Shown here: piece by piece, positions 39,202 through 49,065 of the stretch
Layout of the letters: the number at the start of each line of letters is the position of its first letter
How positions within the stretch are numbered: position 1 is the stretch's first letter
Origin: Halothiobacillaceae bacterium UBA5861
GTDB taxonomy: Bacteria; Pseudomonadota; Gammaproteobacteria; UBA5861
NCBI GenBank assembly: GCA_002432635.1
Contig: DJFX01000047.1
Location: forward strand, 320,766 to 384,765
Direction of reading: 5' to 3'
Length of the DNA stretch: 64,000 bases
Translations under genes and position numbers: made by a program
The notes under the pieces: generated by a model
Databases searched by the model: none
Seen by the model: the letters and a program-made list of their open reading frames with translations, nothing else
Told to the model about the DNA's origin: nothing

Positions 39202-41361
39202 ATGAAAAAAACGCTTTTTATCACCGCATGTTGGCTACTTCTGACTAACAGCCTCTCAGCCGATACGCAGTGTTCAAATGAAAATATTTCGCAAGGTAAT
39301 ACCGACAGTATTCACCTTTTGCCCGAAGAAACAACTCGTATTTCCTCGGACTACCTGCTATTCGACGGCAGCAGCAGCTTCAAACTCGAAGGCAACGTCA
39401 ACGTTCTTGACGCAGATAAGCAGCTGTTTTCCAATCAGGCACGCTACGATAAAGCCGCACAAACCATTACCGCGAGTGGCGCGATCCGCTTTCAAACGAC
39501 AGACCTTACCGTGCTCGGTGAGCAGGCAGAACTGAACCTTGAGCGTGAAACGTTCACCATTGACAGCGCAAGCTACCAATACACCACGACCGTCCAAACT
39601 GCTCAGGGCCGCGCACAGCGTGTGATGCGAACAGGCTATGGCGTGCTTAAACTCACCGATGCAACGTACTCCAGCTGTCCCCCTGAAAATGAGAGCTGGC
39701 GCATCGAAGCATCAGAGGTCAACCTAGACACCGCAGCCCAAGCAGGCTCAGCGAAGCACATCAAACTGTATTTTCAAGATACCCCTTTTTTCTACTTTCC
39801 CTGGTTTGGCTTCCCGCTCGGCGATCAGCGTAAAACCGGTTTTCTTGCCCCCAGTGTGGGTTACAGCACTCGGCACGGAGCCGATATCGCCGCTCCCTGG
39901 TACTGGAACATCGCACCCACGGCAGACGCCACGTTCATACCTCGGTACCTGGAAGATCGCGGTTTACATCTTGACACGGAGCTTCGCCACCTCAATCAAG
40001 CAGGGCTGTGGGCCCTGAATACCGGTTATATTGATGATAACGAACAATCACAGGAGCGAAAATTTGCCCGCCTGCGTCAGACAGGCCAGTTTGGCTCTCG
40101 CTGGGAAACCGCCATTGATGCCAGCTATGCCTCTGACCAAGACTATTTCGATGACTTTGGCGATGAATTTTCAAACTCAGACATTGAGCACCTCCCACGC
40201 CGGGCCAGCCTCAAGTATCAAGGCGATCACACCGACTTTAGCCTGCTGGCACAAGGACACCAGACACTGGATCCAGACACGCCGATCACCGACCGCCCTT
40301 ACCGCCAGCTCCCCAAAATCAACTTGAATGCCTACTCCGACCGAGACACAGACACCCTGCAATATCGCATCAACACTGAGTGGACACGCTTTGACCGTGA
40401 TGAGTCCGTAACAGGTGACCGCGTTCTTCTGCAACCCCGGCTTTCCTGGCCTCATAAGCAGCCCGGCTGGTTTGTCATACCCTCGACCAGCCTTTGGCAT
40501 AGCCAATATCAGCTCGACAACCAAATGTCGGGGATAGAAGCCTCTCCCAGCGTCACGACCCCTGTTTTTTCTCTGGACAGCGGCCTGTTTTTTGATAGAA
40601 ACCTGAAAAATGGTGGATTGCACACCCTGGAACCTCGGCTTTATTACCTCTTCGCGGCCCATGAAGACCAAAACGACATCCCTGACTTTGATACCAGCCT
40701 GAATAGCTTCGGTTTCAACCAGCTTTTTCGGGAAAACCGATTCTCAGGGTATGATCGAATGGGCGATGCCAACCAGATAGCCTTGGCTCTGACAACCCGG
40801 GTTTTATCACCCCTGGGCCAAGAACAACTCACCCTTTCGCTGGGACGATTGTTTTACCTCCGTGACAGAAAGGTCACCTTACCCGAAGACGCCATCGAAA
40901 CATCTGAAATGTCGAGCCTGGCCTTTCAAGGCTTTTACCACGTCGCACCCCAATGGCGACTCGAGAACGACCTGCTCTGGGACCCCAAAACCGAGCGCAC
41001 TGAGCTTAGCAGTGCGTCGCTTCGTTACCAAAACAAGCAGAATGATTCGCGGTTTTGGCTGGCCCACCGTTACCGCCCAGAAGAAACCGAACGGGACGAA
41101 ATCGAACAGTTAGAGGCCGAATTCCTCTGGCCGGTTACCGGCCGCCTCTCGCTTTCTGCTAAAGCACTTTATGCTGTGCGAAGTCGCGAAACCATCGACC
41201 AAATGGCAGGGGTTCAGTATGATAGCTGCTGCTGGGCATTGAGGCTTTCCGCCCGCAAAAAAATAGACGAAAACAACGAAGAGCAGGAAGCCTATTACCT
41301 CGAATGGGTGCTCAAAGGGCTGACATCACTGGGTGAAAGTGCCGGCAGATTATTTGAATAA
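39202..41361 (+). CDS. lptD: LPS-assembly outer membrane protein LptD
   Basis: 719 aa, signal peptide, OstA-like N-terminal domain and large beta-barrel; followed by surA-pdxA as in the conserved operon. Confidence 0.9.
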   Translation: MKKTLFITACWLLLTNSLSADTQCSNENISQGNTDSIHLLPEETTRISSDYLLFDGSSSFKLEGNVNVLDADKQLFSNQARYDKAAQTITASGAIRFQTTDLTVLGEQAELNLERETFTIDSASYQYTTTVQTAQGRAQRVMRTGYGVLKLTDATYSSCPPENESWRIEASEVNLDTAAQAGSAKHIKLYFQDTPFFYFPWFGFPLGDQRKTGFLAPSVGYSTRHGADIAAPWYWNIAPTADATFIPRYLEDRGLHLDTELRHLNQAGLWALNTGYIDDNEQSQERKFARLRQTGQFGSRWETAIDASYASDQDYFDDFGDEFSNSDIEHLPRRASLKYQGDHTDFSLLAQGHQTLDPDTPITDRPYRQLPKINLNAYSDRDTDTLQYRINTEWTRFDRDESVTGDRVLLQPRLSWPHKQPGWFVIPSTSLWHSQYQLDNQMSGIEASPSVTTPVFSLDSGLFFDRNLKNGGLHTLEPRLYYLFAAHEDQNDIPDFDTSLNSFGFNQLFRENRFSGYDRMGDANQIALALTTRVLSPLGQEQLTLSLGRLFYLRDRKVTLPEDAIETSEMSSLAFQGFYHVAPQWRLENDLLWDPKTERTELSSASLRYQNKQNDSRFWLAHRYRPEETERDEIEQLEAEFLWPVTGRLSLSAKALYAVRSRETIDQMAGVQYDSCCWALRLSARKKIDENNEEQEAYYLEWVLKGLTSLGESAGRLFE

Positions 41362-41397
41362 CATCACTCCCAATATTATGGAGTCTTAGATACAACC

Positions 41398-42714
41398 ATG
41401 ATGACACGCTTTATTGCAATCACACTTGCTTGCACGTTAGTGACACTCACCCATACAACACACGCAGCAATAACTTCCCTGCAAGGGGAGCGCCTGTTAA
41501 ACAGGATTGTTGCTGTCGTCAATGACGATATCATTTTGCTTAGCGAGCTGAATGCAGAAATATCATCACAGAGAAAACGTGCCAACGAACGTGGTCAGAG
41601 ACTCCCGCCTGAGAACCGTTTCAGGCAGCAGATTCTCGACTACCTGATTCTACAAACACTGCAAAAACAAGTGGCCAGAAAACAAGGCATCCGCATTGAT
41701 GATGCCGCACTCAACCGTTCGCTACAACGAATTGCACAACAAAATCAGCAGTCACTCGATGAGTTTAGGCAAGCGCTGCTTGCAAGCGGCTATGATTACC
41801 TCAAATTCAGAGAAGATATCCGAACAGAGATGCTTATTGCCCGTGTTCGGCGTCAGGAAGTTGTTGCCAAAGTGACCGTCTCTGATCAAGAAGTCAACGA
41901 TTTCCTCGAGCGTGAGAAGCCTACAGAAGAAAATGCTACCAGCTACCACCTGTTTCACATCCTCATTGCAGTTCCCGAGGCCTCCAGCCCCGAAGCCATT
42001 CAACGTGCTCGAGAAAAAGCCGACAACCTGGTCCGTGAATTTGAGGCCGGTAGTGACTTTTCCAGCCTGGCACTGGCCTACTCCGATGGCAATAATGCCT
42101 TGGAAGGCGGAGATCTGGGCTGGCGCTCACTCGAACAAATCCCCTCGCTGTTTACCGATATCGTGGGCAACATGAAAGTGGGTGATATTACTCAACCCAT
42201 CCGCAGCCCCAACGGATTTCACCTCTTGCATTTAAGTGACAAAAAAGGTGCGGATAAATTACTGATCAACCAGACCAAAGCGCGACACATTTTATTAAAA
42301 GTCACCGCTGTTAGAAACGAGGAGCAGACCCGAAACAAACTGCTTGAGTTGCGCGAACGCATTCTTGCCGGGGAACCTTTCGCGGACATAGCCCGGGCTC
42401 ATTCCGAAGATACCGCCAGTGCCGTGGATGGTGGCGACTTACCCTGGTTTGGATCAGGAGAAATGGTCGAAGTATTCGAAGATGTCGCCGAAAGCTTATC
42501 CGTCCACGAAGTCAGTGACGCCTTTCGATCAACCTTCGGCTGGCACATCCTTGAAGTGTTGGGGAGGCGCACCCACGACGCCACGGAAGAACAACAACGC
42601 TTACAAGTAAAACGAGCGCTGCAACGGCAAAAAGTCGAAGAAGAAACGGACTTTTGGTTACAACGGCTCAAAGGCGAGGCCTATATTGAATACCGACTGG
42701 ACGAAAACACCTGA
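41398..42714 (+). CDS. surA: periplasmic chaperone / peptidyl-prolyl isomerase SurA
   Basis: 438 aa, signal peptide, two parvulin domains (GGDLGW repeated). Confidence 0.9.
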   Translation: MMTRFIAITLACTLVTLTHTTHAAITSLQGERLLNRIVAVVNDDIILLSELNAEISSQRKRANERGQRLPPENRFRQQILDYLILQTLQKQVARKQGIRIDDAALNRSLQRIAQQNQQSLDEFRQALLASGYDYLKFREDIRTEMLIARVRRQEVVAKVTVSDQEVNDFLEREKPTEENATSYHLFHILIAVPEASSPEAIQRAREKADNLVREFEAGSDFSSLALAYSDGNNALEGGDLGWRSLEQIPSLFTDIVGNMKVGDITQPIRSPNGFHLLHLSDKKGADKLLINQTKARHILLKVTAVRNEEQTRNKLLELRERILAGEPFADIARAHSEDTASAVDGGDLPWFGSGEMVEVFEDVAESLSVHEVSDAFRSTFGWHILEVLGRRTHDATEEQQRLQVKRALQRQKVEEETDFWLQRLKGEAYIEYRLDENT

Positions 42715-42724
42715 TGACAGCCCC

Positions 42725-43714
42725 ATGTCTATCACGCCACGCATTGCAATAACCCCTGGCGAACCTGCTGGCATTGGTCCGGAGCTCGCCGTCCAGCTCA
42801 TACAAAAAGACTGGCCGGCCCAAATCGTCTGGGTAGTCGACCCCCAACTGCTACAAGCGCGTGCCGAACAGCTCCACTTGCCCATACAAATCACTTCGTA
42901 CCAACCTCATACCCCGGTGACTCCATCAAAAGCGGGCACAGCTCTCGTCCTGCCTGTTCCGCTCGCCGCACCCTCAATACCAGCAAAACTCGACACACAA
43001 AACGCAGATTACGTCCTGCAAACACTCCGCATTGCGACTCAAGGCTGTTTGGACAACACCTTTTCGGCACTTGTGACCGGACCCGTGCATAAAGGCATTA
43101 TTAACGATGCTGGCACGCCTTTTTCAGGCCATACCGAATTTCTGGCAGAGCTCACCCATGCCTGGCCTGTCATGATGTTGGCAGCCGGAGACCTGCGAGT
43201 TGCGCTGGTCACCACCCATCTGCCTCTGGCTGACGTAGCCAGACAAATCACCCCATCTCGGTTATCACGAGTGATTCGAATCTTGCACAAGGACCTCCGC
43301 GAAAAATTCGCCTTGGACAATCCACGTATCCTGGTTTGTGGCCTCAACCCCCATGCTGGGGAAAACGGGCACCTGGGCCGGGAAGAAATAGACATCATCA
43401 TCCCTATACTGAAACAGCTCAAAGACGCAGGCATGAACCTTGTAGGGCCCTTACCGGCAGATACCTTATTTACTCCAGCCAACCTGGCCAACGCCGATGC
43501 GGTGCTCGCCATGTACCATGACCAGGGGTTACCGGTTCTTAAACATATCGGCTTTGGCAATGCGATTAATATTACCTTGGGATTACCAATCATCCGTACC
43601 TCAGTAGACCACGGCGTTGCACTGGATTTAGCCGGCACAGGCAAAGCGGACAGTGGCAGTTTTAACGCAGCACTCGAACTCGCCTGTCAGATGGCACACA
43701 AATATGATCTATGA
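42725..43714 (+). CDS. pdxA: 4-hydroxythreonine-4-phosphate dehydrogenase
   Basis: [14 protein letters not shown]-terminus and [15 protein letters not shown] motifs matching E. coli PdxA; start at internal Met after the surA stop. Confidence 0.9.
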   Translation: MSITPRIAITPGEPAGIGPELAVQLIQKDWPAQIVWVVDPQLLQARAEQLHLPIQITSYQPHTPVTPSKAGTALVLPVPLAAPSIPAKLDTQNADYVLQTLRIATQGCLDNTFSALVTGPVHKGIINDAGTPFSGHTEFLAELTHAWPVMMLAAGDLRVALVTTHLPLADVARQITPSRLSRVIRILHKDLREKFALDNPRILVCGLNPHAGENGHLGREEIDIIIPILKQLKDAGMNLVGPLPADTLFTPANLANADAVLAMYHDQGLPVLKHIGFGNAINITLGLPIIRTSVDHGVALDLAGTGKADSGSFNAALELACQMAHKYDL

Positions 43715-43837
43715 AGAACTCAGTGCTGAGTGTTCTCAATTACGTCATTATTAACGCTATGATGACCGCAAAGTCAGCCAGCGAATCCTGTACCTTACGT
43801 TATTGATCTTACGTGCCCTTATCTACGAGTGAGTGCC

Positions 43838-44977
43838 ATGCTACCCCAACAACCCCAAGCCCTTTCCGATACGTTCGTGCGGCCCGCAAGCTGGGCGGAT
43901 TTGGACGCCTTGGTCAAAATCGAACAGCGTTGTTTCGAAACCGATCGCCTCTCGCGGCGCAGTTTCCGCCACTTTCTCAAGCGCGGGAAAGGTACGCTTT
44001 TAGTCTACGATGCCGGTGACGGCCCCATCGGCTATGCCTTGGTCCATTTCCACGCCGGCACCGCGCTGGCGCGCCTGTATTCCTTCGCCGTGCTGCCCGA
44101 AGCCCAAGGCCGGGGCGTGGGTCGATTGCTGCTTGAGGCAGCGGAAGGCGCCTCCCGCGAACACGGTTGCCTGGCCATCCGGCTGGAGATCCGCCGGGAC
44201 AACGAGAAAGCCAAAGCGCTGTACTCAAGCGCCGGTTATCGCGACCTGGAGCAACTAGAGGACTACTACGAAGATCACGAAGACGCGGTGCGGATGGAAA
44301 AGTCGTTGGCGCCCCAGCCCGACCGCGGTGTCACCCGAGTGCCCTACTATGCCCAAACCCTGGAGTTCACCTGCGGGCCGGCCTCGCTCATGATGGCGAT
44401 GAAAAGCCTTAACCCGGATCTGCCGCTGAACCGCAAACTGGAACTGCAAATCTGGCGAGAAGCCACCACCATATTCATGACCTCGGGCCTGGGAGGCTGT
44501 GGCCCCGATGGTTTGGCGCTGGCTGCGCACCGTCGGGGGTACGAGGTCGAGTTGATCCTGAAAGACGAACAAGCCTTGTTTGTCGATTCGGTCCGTTCGG
44601 CCGAAAAGAAGGAGGTCATCGCCCAGGTGCATGAAGACTTCAAGGAACAGATTCTCTCCGCCGACATCACGGTGCGCTACGGTGCAGTGCGGGTGGACGA
44701 GTTGGAAATGGCGATTCGGGAGGGTGCCGTGCCGGTGGTCCTGATCAGCTCCTATCGGCTTTACGGCGAAAAAACCCCGCACTGGGTGGTGGTCACCGAT
44801 GTGGCCGATGGGATCGTCTATCTCCACGAGCCCTACGTCGATTACGAGGAAAACCGAACGCCCATGGACTGCATGAACGTGCCGATTTTGAGCGAAGAGT
44901 TCGAAGGCATGGCCCGTTACGGACGCAGCGGTCAACGCGCCGTGGTCATCCTGAAGCGGCACGGAACGCACGTATGA
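43838..44977 (+). CDS. fusion protein: RimI-like GNAT N-acetyltransferase + papain-like (peptidase C39-like) cysteine peptidase domain
   Basis: GNAT motif AQGRGVGRLLL; C-terminal domain with Cys motif TCGPASLMMAM and His motif HWVVVTDV typical of C39-type peptidases. Confidence 0.7.
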   Translation: MLPQQPQALSDTFVRPASWADLDALVKIEQRCFETDRLSRRSFRHFLKRGKGTLLVYDAGDGPIGYALVHFHAGTALARLYSFAVLPEAQGRGVGRLLLEAAEGASREHGCLAIRLEIRRDNEKAKALYSSAGYRDLEQLEDYYEDHEDAVRMEKSLAPQPDRGVTRVPYYAQTLEFTCGPASLMMAMKSLNPDLPLNRKLELQIWREATTIFMTSGLGGCGPDGLALAAHRRGYEVELILKDEQALFVDSVRSAEKKEVIAQVHEDFKEQILSADITVRYGAVRVDELEMAIREGAVPVVLISSYRLYGEKTPHWVVVTDVADGIVYLHEPYVDYEENRTPMDCMNVPILSEEFEGMARYGRSGQRAVVILKRHGTHV

Positions 44978-46452
44978 GTCGTCACGTTGTGGTCGTCGAC
45001 CAACCCGCCGAATGGCAAGATGACTTGCCCGAGAGCCTGTTGCTGAGCGCCCGCGACTATATCGCAGGTCAGGATTTCGGGACCAATCCCACAGTCAAAG
45101 TGATCAACCTCTGCCGCAGCTATCGCTATCTCGGCGTGGGCTACTACGTCTCGCTCCTGGCGGAGGCCCGCCGTCACCGGGTGATTCCCTCGGTGCGGAC
45201 CATGCTCGATCTATCGCGCAAAACCATCTACCAGTTGGTCACTGAAGAACTCGACGAGGACCTGGCGCGGCATCTAAAGCGGAACCAGGAAGACCAGATC
45301 GACTTCGTCATGTATTTCGGTTACACGCAGCAAGCCGATTTACAGCCGCTGGCCAATGTCCTGTTCGACCGCTTCCCGACGCCGATTCTCCACGTGCAAC
45401 TGCGTCGCAGCGGCAAATGGCAAATTCACAAGATCACGACCCGGGGACCGGCTGATATCACGGCGGATGAGCGCAGCACCCTCACCGACGCCCTCAACAG
45501 CTATCTGGGTAAACGGTGGCGCGCGCCCAAAGCCCGTGCCGTGTCCCGTTACGACCTGGCGATCCTTCACAACCCGGAGGATACCCTCTCGCCCTCCAAC
45601 CCCAAGGCGCTGCAATCGTTCATCCGCGCCGGAAAACGGCTGGGCGTGGACGTGGACCTGATTACCCGGCGGGACTATCCGCAAATCGCCGAGTGGGATG
45701 CCTTGTTCATCCGGGAGACCACCAGTATCAACCACCACACGTTCCGCTTCGCCAAACGGGCCGAAGCCGAAGGCATGGTGGTCATCGATGACCCCACGTC
45801 CATTCTTCGATGCACCAACAAAGTCTACTTGGCCGAGCTGCTCCGTACCCATCGGGTGGGCACACCCCGAACCGTCGTGTTACAGCGCGATCGGTCCACT
45901 GCGGAAATCGAAAAGCTGGGATATCCGGTGGTGCTGAAAATTCCGGACGGCGCGTTTTCGCTGGGTGTATACAAGGCCAATACGCCGGCGGAATTCGACG
46001 AGATCGCCACGCGTTTGTTCAAAAAATCGGACCTGATTTTGGCCCAGGAATTCCTCCGCAGCGAGTTCGACTGGCGAGTGGGGATTTTAGGCGGAAAACC
46101 GCTGTTCGCCTGCCAATATTTCATGTCACGCGGACACTGGCAGATCTACCAACACAAGGCTGATGGCCGGTTCGTCGAAGGTGAGGCCCGGACCCTGGCG
46201 GTGGAAGACGCACCGAAAGATGTCATTCAGACCGCGCTAAAAGCCGCCAATTTGATCGGTGACGGCCTCTATGGCGTCGACCTCAAGCAAACCGACCGGG
46301 GGGTGTTCGTCATTGAGGTCAACGACAACCCCAACCTGGACGTGGGTGTGGAAGATTTGGTGCTGAAGGACCGCTTGTACCAGATGGTGATCGAAGAATT
46401 CGTCCGCCGGCTGGACCGACAGCAGGAAAAAGCGGCTCGGCGTTTCACATAA
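44974..46452 (+). CDS. RimK-type ATP-grasp ligase with ~190 aa N-terminal extension (RimK-like ATP-grasp N-terminal, RLAN-like domain)
   Basis: C-terminal ATP-grasp motifs (YPVVLKIPDGAFSLGV, LAQEFL, VDLK..VIEVNDNP); ATGA start/stop overlap with the upstream gene. Confidence 0.75.
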   Translation: MSRHVVVVDQPAEWQDDLPESLLLSARDYIAGQDFGTNPTVKVINLCRSYRYLGVGYYVSLLAEARRHRVIPSVRTMLDLSRKTIYQLVTEELDEDLARHLKRNQEDQIDFVMYFGYTQQADLQPLANVLFDRFPTPILHVQLRRSGKWQIHKITTRGPADITADERSTLTDALNSYLGKRWRAPKARAVSRYDLAILHNPEDTLSPSNPKALQSFIRAGKRLGVDVDLITRRDYPQIAEWDALFIRETTSINHHTFRFAKRAEAEGMVVIDDPTSILRCTNKVYLAELLRTHRVGTPRTVVLQRDRSTAEIEKLGYPVVLKIPDGAFSLGVYKANTPAEFDEIATRLFKKSDLILAQEFLRSEFDWRVGILGGKPLFACQYFMSRGHWQIYQHKADGRFVEGEARTLAVEDAPKDVIQTALKAANLIGDGLYGVDLKQTDRGVFVIEVNDNPNLDVGVEDLVLKDRLYQMVIEEFVRRLDRQQEKAARRFT

Positions 46453-46818
46453 AATAAACGCCAGATACCATCTTCCTCATTCCCTATAGAAACATAATAG
46501 GAACATAGCCGACCATCACTCCGGCTAGTGATACCGCCCCTCATCGCGGTTGTTGGTTTCAATGGCATGCGCTCGCCACACCCTTCTCGATCATATTGGC
46601 TTTCATCATTCAAACCACCTCGAGCTATCATGCCTCACAAGGCCAGCCGACCAAATTAAGTGAACAATTTCATACATGAAGCTGTGCATTTTTTGCATAC
46701 CTTAAGTGCGAAACTAGCAGGAGACAACGGCACCGAAAGCTCTTTATGATCAGAACTCAAGGCATTTCCCATCGGCCACAACCTAAACACGATCCTGCAA
46801 ACCACGAGGGCTGAGTTC

Positions 46819-47946
46819 ATGACCACCAAAAAGCGATTATCTCGACGATCCTTCCTAAAAAACAGTGCCGGCGTTGCTGGTATGGTTGCATTCAGCAGCA
46901 GCTTGCTACCCAGACTGGCACAGGCAAAAGATTTAACCGTTGGTTTCATTTATGTGGGTGCAAAAGACGACTACGGCTATAACCAATCGCATGCAGAAGG
47001 TGCCGCTGCGATCAAAAAACTAGGCGGCATCACCGTCGTTGAAGAAGAGAATGTCCCCGAATCGGTTGAAGTGCTTAAAACCATGGAAAGCATGATCAAC
47101 TTTGATAGCGTTGACCTCTTGTTTCCAACCTCCTTTGGTTATTTTGATCCATTTGTTTTGCAGCTGGCGTCCAAATACAAAGACCTCCGGTTTGAACACT
47201 GTGGTGGCCTGTGGAGCCCTGAGCACCCAAAAAATGTCGGCTCTTATTTTGGTTACATTGGCATGGGGCAATATTTAAATGGCATCGCTGCAGGCCATGC
47301 CAGCAAGAGTAAGAAAATCGGTTTCGTTGCCGCAAAACCCATTCCTCAAGTGTTGTTAAACATCAACTCCTTCTTGCTCGGAGCCCGTTCAGTCGACCCC
47401 AGCATTACCTGCCAGGTCATTTTCACGGGAGAATGGTCACTCGCCGTCAAAGAAGCTGAAGCGACCAACGCCTTGATTGACCAGGGTGCAGACGTCATTA
47501 CCTGCCACGTTGATGGTCCTAAAGTGGTCATCGAAACAGCAGCAGGTCGCGGAGCTTATGTCTGTGGTTATCACGCTAACCAAAGCACCCTCGCACCAGA
47601 AAAATACCTGACAGGAGCTGAGTGGAACTGGGCAAATGTTTACACCAATATGGTTCAAACCGTCCAGGCCGGTAATACGATCCCTAACTTTCATCGTGGC
47701 GGACTGGCAGAGGGGTTTATCAAAATGAGTCCACTGGGTCCGGCTGTTTCCGACACGGCCAGGAAGCAATTTGAAGAAACCCAAGCGAAAATCCTTAAAG
47801 GAAACTATGCGGTCATTCAAGGTCCCATGAAAGACAACAAAGGCAACCTGATTGCCAAGGCAGGCGAATCATTTGTCGAAACAGATGTCGCACTGGAAAG
47901 CATGGACTATCTGGTAGAAGGCGTTATTGGTTCCACGTCTTCCTAA
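46819..47946 (+). CDS. BMP-family (basic membrane protein/PnrA-Med-like) ABC transporter substrate-binding protein with twin-arginine signal
   Basis: Tat motif SRRSFLK, signal ending AQA; BMP-family fold motifs. Confidence 0.8.
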   Translation: MTTKKRLSRRSFLKNSAGVAGMVAFSSSLLPRLAQAKDLTVGFIYVGAKDDYGYNQSHAEGAAAIKKLGGITVVEEENVPESVEVLKTMESMINFDSVDLLFPTSFGYFDPFVLQLASKYKDLRFEHCGGLWSPEHPKNVGSYFGYIGMGQYLNGIAAGHASKSKKIGFVAAKPIPQVLLNINSFLLGARSVDPSITCQVIFTGEWSLAVKEAEATNALIDQGADVITCHVDGPKVVIETAAGRGAYVCGYHANQSTLAPEKYLTGAEWNWANVYTNMVQTVQAGNTIPNFHRGGLAEGFIKMSPLGPAVSDTARKQFEETQAKILKGNYAVIQGPMKDNKGNLIAKAGESFVETDVALESMDYLVEGVIGSTSS

Positions 47947-47964
47947 CTGAACGAGCACGCCATA

Positions 47965-49065
47965 ATGCCGCTTGACAGTCCCCTGCTCCAGCACCTGGCT
48001 CGACGCTCAGAGGCGATCGCCATTCCTCTCATCGCACTGGCGGCAGGTTTTATTTTGTTTGCCCTCTTTTTACTGCTCCAGGGACAATCACCCGCGAACT
48101 ATTTTGCGCTTGTCTACAAGGCCGGTTTTGGTACAGCCTTTTCCTGGCAGAATACGCTCACACGGGCGTCCCCTCTCATCCTGGCAGCTTTGTGCGTCGC
48201 GCTCCCGGCGCGTCTAGGCCTGATTGTTATTGGTGGTGAGGGCGCGATTGTGCTTGGCGGTGTCGCAGCCAGTGCATTCGCCATGTTTTTTCCAGGCGCC
48301 ACAGGTCTTGTCGGGCTTTTATTGATGGGGGCCAGTGCTGCCGCAATGGGGGCACTCTGGATTGGGCTGATTGGTCTGATGCGATACGGGCGCGGCGTTA
48401 ACGAAACCATTTCCAGCCTCTTGATGGCCTACATTGGTGTGGCGCTCATGAATCATCTGGTCGAGGGCCCACTGCGAGATCCCAGCAGCTTGAATAAACC
48501 GGCGACGTACCCGCTGTCTGCTGAACAACGGTTGGGGAGCCTTCCAGGCCTGGATATCCACTGGGGCCTTGTAATCGGGATCGTCAGCTGTTTTCTGGTG
48601 TGGATTTTGATGACCTATACGCGCTGGGGATTCTCTGCACGCGTTGCCGGGGGTAATGTACGCGCTGCACAAGTCCAAGGCTTACCGGTTGGCATACTGA
48701 TCGTTGGCTTTACGGCTTTAGGTGGCGCCTTTGCTGGCCTTGCTGGCATGGTAGAAGTGGCTGCCGTACACGGCACTGCAAATGCTTCGTTGGCGTCAGG
48801 CTACGGTTACACCGGAATACTGGTTGCCTTTCTGGCGCGACACAATCCACTGGTTATTATCCCTGTTGCCGTTCTACTCGGTGGGTTCGAGGCCGCTAAT
48901 GGCCTTGTGCAACGGCGCATGGATTTACCCGATGCGACTGTTCTGGTTCTACAGGGTTTTGTCTTTATTTCCATCCTCATCAGCGAAACACTCTACGGCC
49001 GTATTCGCCTGTTTAACCCGGAACATTGGAAAATAACACCGGCAACCATGAGAGAAAACTCATGA
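47965..49065 (+). CDS. ABC transporter permease (BMP-type, YufP-like)
   Basis: 366 aa polytopic membrane protein directly downstream of the BMP binding protein. Confidence 0.8.
   Translation: MPLDSPLLQHLARRSEAIAIPLIALAAGFILFALFLLLQGQSPANYFALVYKAGFGTAFSWQNTLTRASPLILAALCVALPARLGLIVIGGEGAIVLGGVAASAFAMFFPGATGLVGLLLMGASAAAMGALWIGLIGLMRYGRGVNETISSLLMAYIGVALMNHLVEGPLRDPSSLNKPATYPLSAEQRLGSLPGLDIHWGLVIGIVSCFLVWILMTYTRWGFSARVAGGNVRAAQVQGLPVGILIVGFTALGGAFAGLAGMVEVAAVHGTANASLASGYGYTGILVAFLARHNPLVIIPVAVLLGGFEAANGLVQRRMDLPDATVLVLQGFVFISILISETLYGRIRLFNPEHWKITPATMRENS

Larger units (their letters stand above)
43715..46460. other. putative horizontally acquired GC-rich two-gene cassette (GNAT-peptidase fusion + RLAN/RimK-type ATP-grasp ligase)
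   Basis: GC content in 43.83-46.45 kb is visibly far higher than the flanks; it interrupts the usual pdxA-rsmA-apaGH context; GC-biased shadow ORFs appear on several frames. Confidence 0.55.

Noticed and set aside
42686-42724. Upstream start for pdxA overlapping surA
   Set aside because: Alignment with E. coli PdxA places the start about 8 residues before ITPGEPAG, i.e. at 42725
43977-46163. Long ORFs on other frames inside the GC-rich cassette (e.g. 44255-44971 minus, 238 aa; 45340-45852 minus, 170 aa; 44347-44670; 45810-46163)
   Set aside because: Typical shadow ORFs produced by high-GC codon bias; they lie entirely within two well-supported coding genes and have no recognisable domains
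46656-46949. 97 aa minus-strand ORF spanning the start of the BMP binding-protein gene
   Set aside because: Overlaps the well-supported Tat-signal start region of the SBP gene antisense; no features
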